Shown: piece after piece, positions 1 through 2,678 of the stretch
Position numbering within the stretch: the first letter of the stretch is position 1
Layout of the letters: each line of letters opens with the position of its first letter
Source: Giardia intestinalis
Lineage: Eukaryota
Reading direction: 5' to 3' (one strand)
Length of the DNA: 2,678 nucleotides
NCBI GenBank assembly: GCA_000002435.2
Contig: AACB03000022.1
The notes under the pieces: model-generated
What the model was told of the DNA's origin: nothing
What the model saw: only the letters and a program-made list of their open reading frames with translations
The model's database searches: none
Translations under genes and position numbers: made by a program

Positions 1-982
1 CTGGGCCTTGGCGTCGTTCATGGCTCCGAGGTTTTCGGTCAGGGCAGAGACCCTGTCCTCAGCGGCGGCGAGCTGGGCGCGGGCGGTCTGCAGGGCGTCC
101 TGGGCCTCCGCCAGCTGAGCCGCGAGGGCATCTCGCTCGGCCTCCAGATTCTTGTGCTCGGCCTCCAGAGCTGCGCCTCGTCGAGGGCCTTATCGAGGGC
201 CGCACGGGCCTCATCGCGCTCGGCCTCTGCAGCACGCACGTCGGCTCAAGGCGGCGGATGGCCTCGTCGCCGCCCTGCGCCTGCTGTGCCTTGGCGCGGA
301 ACTTCTCTCGGCGGCATCGGCGAGGGCCTCTGTGCCTGCTGCTGCGTGTGCCTCGAGCTCGGCGATTTTGGCGCGGGCGTCGGCAAGCCTTTCTTCGGCG
401 GCCTTGGCCTGAGCTCCAGCTCTGCAGCGCGCTCTGCAAGCGCCTCTGCGTCGCGAGCACGCACGGCATCTTCGGCCGCCTGCTCGCGGAGGCGCGCCAG
501 CTCCTCGGAGAGATCCTCGAGCTGGGCCGCCTTGAGCTGGGCGTCTTCCTGGTGGGCGGCGGCCTGCTCGCGCGCTTCACGGAGCGCCGCTGCGTTCTCG
601 GCTGCGTCGCGGCGGAGGGCTGCAAGCTCCTGCTGAAGCTGCTGCGCGGCGTCGCCGTGGTCGGCAATCCCGTCGATCGCCTCTGCAAGCGCCTTCTCGC
701 GGGCCTCGAGCTTGTCTGTAAGGGCGGCGCTTTCGTCTTCGAGGCGACGGATCCTGTTCTGGGCGTCCTCGAGCGCGCCGTCTGTAGCGCTTCTTTTGAG
801 GTCCATGGCAGTAAGCTGGCGCTCGCGGTCCCGGACCTCCTCTGCTCGCGCTTCGGCCTTGCGGCCAGCGATTGAAGGGCACTCTCCAGCTCGTCGACGC
901 GGTTGCGCAGCCGTGCCGTCTTGGCGGCGCTTTCTTCTGCTTGCTCTGCCTTGCGGCTGCCTCGTCCTCCAGGGCTTGAATC
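1..982. repeat. Copy A of the long direct repeat, truncated by the window start. It is homologous to 1697..2678.
   Basis: Base-by-base comparison: identical to 1697..2678 except for indels at about 175 (-g), 245 (-c), 306-307 (+ct), 414 (-c), 426 (-a) and 842 (+c), plus four sites where B carries the change. There are no substitutions. Confidence 0.95.
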
Positions 983-2678
983 CGCGTTCTGGCGGCCTCG
1001 ACACTGGCCGTTGTTCGGGAAAGTTCGTCACTCAGCTGGCCGATCTCCTTGTCCTTTGCATCAAGGGTGGCATGGAGGTCATCTCGCTCGGCCTCGAGTT
1101 GAACGATGCGCTCTGCAGCGCCTTCATTGTCTTGCGCACGTAGTTGTTGAAGCTCGCGCTCGCGGTTGTCTGCCTCCTCGCGAAGTCTTTCTGCCTCATT
1201 CCGGAGCATGTCAAGCGCCACTGTCTTCTCATCGAGCTCGCCCTGCTTTTGCTCCAGCTCCTTCCTAAGAGCGCTTGCTTCAATAGTATATAATTTGAGT
1301 ATCTGACATCTGTGATTTAAGCTCACTAACAAAATCTTCCAACCGTTGAGTACGTTCTTTGGAATCGTTCGCTCTTTCCTCTGATGCCTTATTTAATTTT
1401 TTCAGGTCTGCTACCTCTGTCAAAAGTTCCTTTTTGTCGCGCTCGAGTTGAGCCACGCGATCAACAAGATCTTGAGATTCCTCTGCCTCTAGTTTCATAG
1501 TGGCAATTTCATCCATTTGTGCATTTAAGTTATCCAATAGCTCCGCCATCTGAATTTCATTGGCTTGTGCCTCATGGGTTCGTCTGGCAAATTCCATCTG
1601 GGACGCGACAAGCGTCTGCTGGAGTTGGATGATCTCCTCTTGGTGCTGGCGAATCGCTTGTCGAAGATCTGGGATGGTATCCTGCATCTCGCGGATCTGG
1701 GCCTTGGCGTCGTTCATGGCTCCGAGGTTTTCGGTCAGGGCAGAGACCCTGTCCTCAGCGGCGGCGAGCTGGGCGCGGGCGGTCTGCAGGGCGTCCTGGG
1801 CCTCCGCCAGCTGAGCCGCGAGGGCATCTCGCTCGGCCTCCAGATTCTTGTGCTCGGCCTCCAGAGCTGCGGCCTCGTCGAGGGCCTTATCGAGGGCCGC
1901 ACGGGCCTCATCGCGCTCGGCCTCTGCAGCACGCACGTCGGCCTCAAGGCGGCGGATGGCCTCGTCGCCGCCCTGCGCCTGCTGTGCCTTGGCGCGGAAC
2001 TTCTCGGCGGCATCGGCGAGGGCCTCTGTGCCTGCTGCTGCGTGTGCCTCGAGCTCGGCGATTTTGGCGCGGGCGTCGGCAAGCCTTTCTTCGGCGGCCT
2101 TGGCCTGAGCCTCCAGCTCTGCAAGCGCGCTCTGCAAGCGCCTCTGCGTCGCGAGCACGCACGGCATCTTCGGCCGCCTGCTCGCGGAGGCGCGCCAGCT
2201 CCTCGGAGAGATCCTCGAGCTGGGCCGCCTTGAGCTGGGCGTCTTCCTGGTGGGCGGCGGCCTGCTCGCGCGCTTCACGGAGCGCCGCTGCGTTCTCGGC
2301 TGCGTCGCGGCGGAGGGCTGCAAGCTCCTGCTGAAGCTGCTGCGCGGCGTCGCCGTGGTCGGCAATCCGTCGATCGCCTCTGCAAGCGCCTTCTCGCGGG
2401 CCTCGAGCTTGTCTGTAAGGGCGGCGCTTTCGTCTTCGAGGCGACGGATCCTGTTCTGGGCGTCCTCGAGCGCGCCGTCTGTAAGCGCTTCTTTTGAGGT
2501 CCATGGCAGTAAGCTGGCGCTCGCGGTCCCGGACCTCCTTGCTCGCGCTTCGGCCTTGCGGCCAGCGATTGAAGGGCACTCTCCAGCTCGTCGACGCGGT
2601 TGCGCAGCCGTGCCGTCTTGGCGGGCTTTCTTCTGCTTGCTCTGCCCTTGCGGCTGCCTCGTCCTCCAGGGCTTGAAT
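1..2678 (-). CDS. Internal fragment (both ends open) of a giant, tandemly repetitive coiled-coil protein gene. The reading frame is interrupted by about a dozen 1-2 nt indels, so it looks either frameshifted/pseudogene-like or laden with indel errors.
   Basis: All six minus-strand ORFs in the track (39..239, 59..688, 246..1031, 577..1332, 1280..2365, 1944..2579) contain long heptad-like A/E/R/L/Q/D/K-rich segments typical of alpha-helical coiled coils. Each of these segments is flanked by P/R/S/T-rich 'wrong-frame' sequence at the exact positions where the two repeat copies differ by an indel. Sense blocks in different frames abut one another and together tile the whole window. The plus-strand ORFs translate to L/G/S/R low-complexity mirror images (GAG->CTC, GCC->GGC). 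No start codon context or terminator is visible. Confidence 0.7.
411..872 (-). CDS. Sense-frame block of about 154 aa in repeat copy A. It is the sense part of track ORF 246..1031.
   Basis: Translation IAGRKAEARAEEVRDRERQLTAMDLKRSATDGALEDAQNRIRRLEDESAALTDKLEAREKALAEAIDGIADHGDAAQQLQQELAALRRDAAENAAALREAREQAAAHQEDAQLKAAQLEDLSEELARLREQAAEDAVRARDAEALAERAAELEL. The corresponding stretch of copy B is split by two compensating indels at about 2484 and 2368. Confidence 0.65.
949..1299 (-). CDS. Sense-frame block of about 117 aa of the same coiled-coil gene. It is the sense part of track ORF 577..1332.
   Basis: Translation LKLYTIEASALRKELEQKQGELDEKTVALDMLRNEAERLREEADNRERELQQLRAQDNEGAAERIVQLEAERDDLHATLDAKDKEIGQLSDELSRTTASVEAARTRIQALEDEAAAR. 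It continues the heptad pattern directly after the block ending at 1283, one frame over. Confidence 0.65.
1283..1570. other. Low-GC compositional island (roughly 40% GC) embedded in coding sequence that is otherwise about 70-80% GC.
   Basis: Hand counts of 60-bp blocks: 1321-1380 is about 43%, 1381-1440 about 38%, 1501-1560 about 37%. For comparison, 61-120 is about 80% and 481-540 about 72%. The flanks 1000-1283 and 1570-1750 are intermediate at about 55-60%. The minus-strand coiled-coil frame stays open across the island. Confidence 0.85.
1283..2128 (-). CDS. Longest uninterrupted sense-frame block, about 282 aa, of the coiled-coil gene. It is the sense portion of track ORF 1280..2365; the first 79 aa of that ORF are out of frame.
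   Basis: Translation ALAELEAQAKAAEERLADARAKIAELEAHAAAGTEALADAAEKFRAKAQQAQGGDEAIRRLEADVRAAEAERDEARAALDKALDEAAALEAEHKNLEAERDALAAQLAEAQDALQTARAQLAAAEDRVSALTENLGAMNDAKAQIREMQDTIPDLRQ...RLEDFVSELKSQMSDTQIIYY*. The block runs without a stop through both the GC-rich DNA and the ~40%-GC DNA. Its terminal TGA at 1280-1282 is probably not a real C-terminus (see findings). Confidence 0.75.
2117..2142. repeat. Local 13+13 nt tandem micro-repeat ctctgcaagcgcg|ctctgcaagcgcc. In copy A (420..444) it is 12+13 nt.
   Basis: Seen directly in the sequence. On the sense strand the 12-nt core gcgcttgcagag encodes A-L-A-E in both units, but the units are 13 nt apart. A frame change therefore sits here in copy B and not in copy A. 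Confidence 0.8.
2124..2366 (-). CDS. Sense-frame block of about 81 aa in repeat copy B. It is the sense part of track ORF 1944..2579.
   Basis: Translation IADHGDAAQQLQQELAALRRDAAENAAALREAREQAAAHQEDAQLKAAQLEDLSEELARLREQAAEDAVRARDAEALAERA, identical to the matching part of copy A. It is bounded by indel sites at about 2368 and about 2126. Confidence 0.55.

Larger units (their letters stand above)
1697..2678. repeat. Copy B of the long direct repeat, truncated by the window end. It sits 1696 bp from copy A.
   Basis: Identical to 1..982 except for indels. The B-specific ones are at about 2368 (-c), 2484 (+a), 2625 (-c) and 2646 (+c). No substitutions. Confidence 0.95.

Noticed and set aside
1280-1282. 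TGA stop of ORF 1280..2365, and ATG at 1332 of ORF 577..1332, as a real gene boundary between two adjacent coiled-coil genes
   Set aside because: The two ORFs overlap by about 50 nt in adjacent frames. The coiled-coil sequence is continuous across the junction if one homopolymer base is removed. There is no RBS, no intergenic gap and no change of strand. This matches the window-wide pattern of indel-induced frame breaks.
1275-1296. TATATAAT at 1287-1294 on the plus strand, with ttgctt upstream, as a possible sigma70-type promoter
   Set aside because: The spacing between the TTGCTT-like hexamer and the TATAAT-like box is only about 8 nt, against the 16-18 nt needed. The site is deep inside an open coiled-coil reading frame within an AT-rich coding patch, where such hexamers occur by chance. 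Nothing downstream on the plus strand is plausibly coding.
154-2233. Long plus-strand ORFs (152..412, 154..636, 258..875, 712..1143, 903..1268, 1565..2233, 1848..2108, 1984..2334, 2494..2676) that could be taken for genes on the plus strand
   Set aside because: Their translations are low-complexity L/G/S/R/A/C-rich strings such as GLGLQILVLGLQSCGLVEGLIEGRTGLIALGL. These are the expected antisense mirror of GC-rich coiled-coil codons (GAG/GCC/CGC read backwards as CTC/GGC/GCG). High GC suppresses stop codons in every frame. Only the minus strand gives a coherent heptad-patterned protein that tiles the whole window.
1-2678. P/R/S/T-rich segments at the ends of each ORF (e.g. MPTTATPRSSFSRSLQPSAATQPRTQRRSVKRASRPPP..., GRRRKACRRPRQNRRARGTRSSRHRGPRR) as real proline/arginine-rich domains
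   Set aside because: They begin and end exactly at the indel positions that distinguish the two repeat copies. The same nucleotides give clean coiled-coil sequence in the neighbouring frame or in the other copy. This is the characteristic off-frame translation of GC-rich Ala/Glu/Arg/Leu coding DNA.
1-2678. Recurrent CTCGAG (XhoI) sites throughout the window, as a sign of engineered or synthetic DNA
   Set aside because: They arise as CTC-GAG (Leu-Glu) codon pairs on the sense strand. The palindrome therefore shows on both strands, and it is expected to be frequent in a GC-rich coiled-coil protein.
1-2678. The 1696-bp periodicity as the wrap-around of a small circular replicon or terminal redundancy of a phage genome; also a CRISPR or IS interpretation of the repeats
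   Set aside because: The repeated unit is one continuous protein-coding frame with no start, stop, origin-like or intergenic sequence, so a 1.7-kb circle with no gene boundaries is implausible. The repeats are about 1 kb long and coding. There is no spacer architecture, no terminal inverted repeats and no transposase-like ORF.

Overview
The whole 2,678-bp window lies inside a single very large, internally repetitive coiled-coil protein gene read on the minus strand. Every minus-strand ORF in the track carries stretches of heptad-like, A/E/R/L/Q/D/K-rich sequence (e.g. AEAERDEARAALDKALDEAAALEAEHKNLEAERDALAAQLAEAQDALQTARAQL). No start, no genuine stop and no intergenic DNA are visible. Two structural facts dominate the window.

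(1) Positions 1-982 and 1697-2678 are the same sequence, a direct repeat with a 1696-bp period that is cut off by both window edges. The two copies differ by exactly 10 small indel events (11 bases in total), nearly all in homopolymers or dinucleotide runs, and by no substitutions at all.

(2) The coiled-coil sense frame is broken about every 150-250 bp by these indels, and once more in the unique part near 1290. At 9 of the 10 variable sites one copy or the other keeps the frame open, so a consensus of the two copies restores a nearly continuous unit of roughly 565 aa. This indel-only pattern reads as sequencing or assembly homopolymer error (or artificial corruption) rather than evolutionary decay, but a real frameshifted pseudogene cannot be excluded from sequence alone.

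A third observation is compositional. A trough of roughly 40% GC at about 1283-1570 sits inside DNA that is otherwise about 70-80% GC, yet it stays open in the coiled-coil frame with different codon and amino-acid usage (K/I/N/Q/M-rich instead of A/E/R/L-rich). This suggests a mosaic gene.

I found no rRNA, tRNA, CRISPR, IS element, promoter or terminator that I can support. The long plus-strand ORFs are antisense artifacts of the GC-rich coiled-coil coding strand. I cannot assign taxon, family or gene name from sequence alone.
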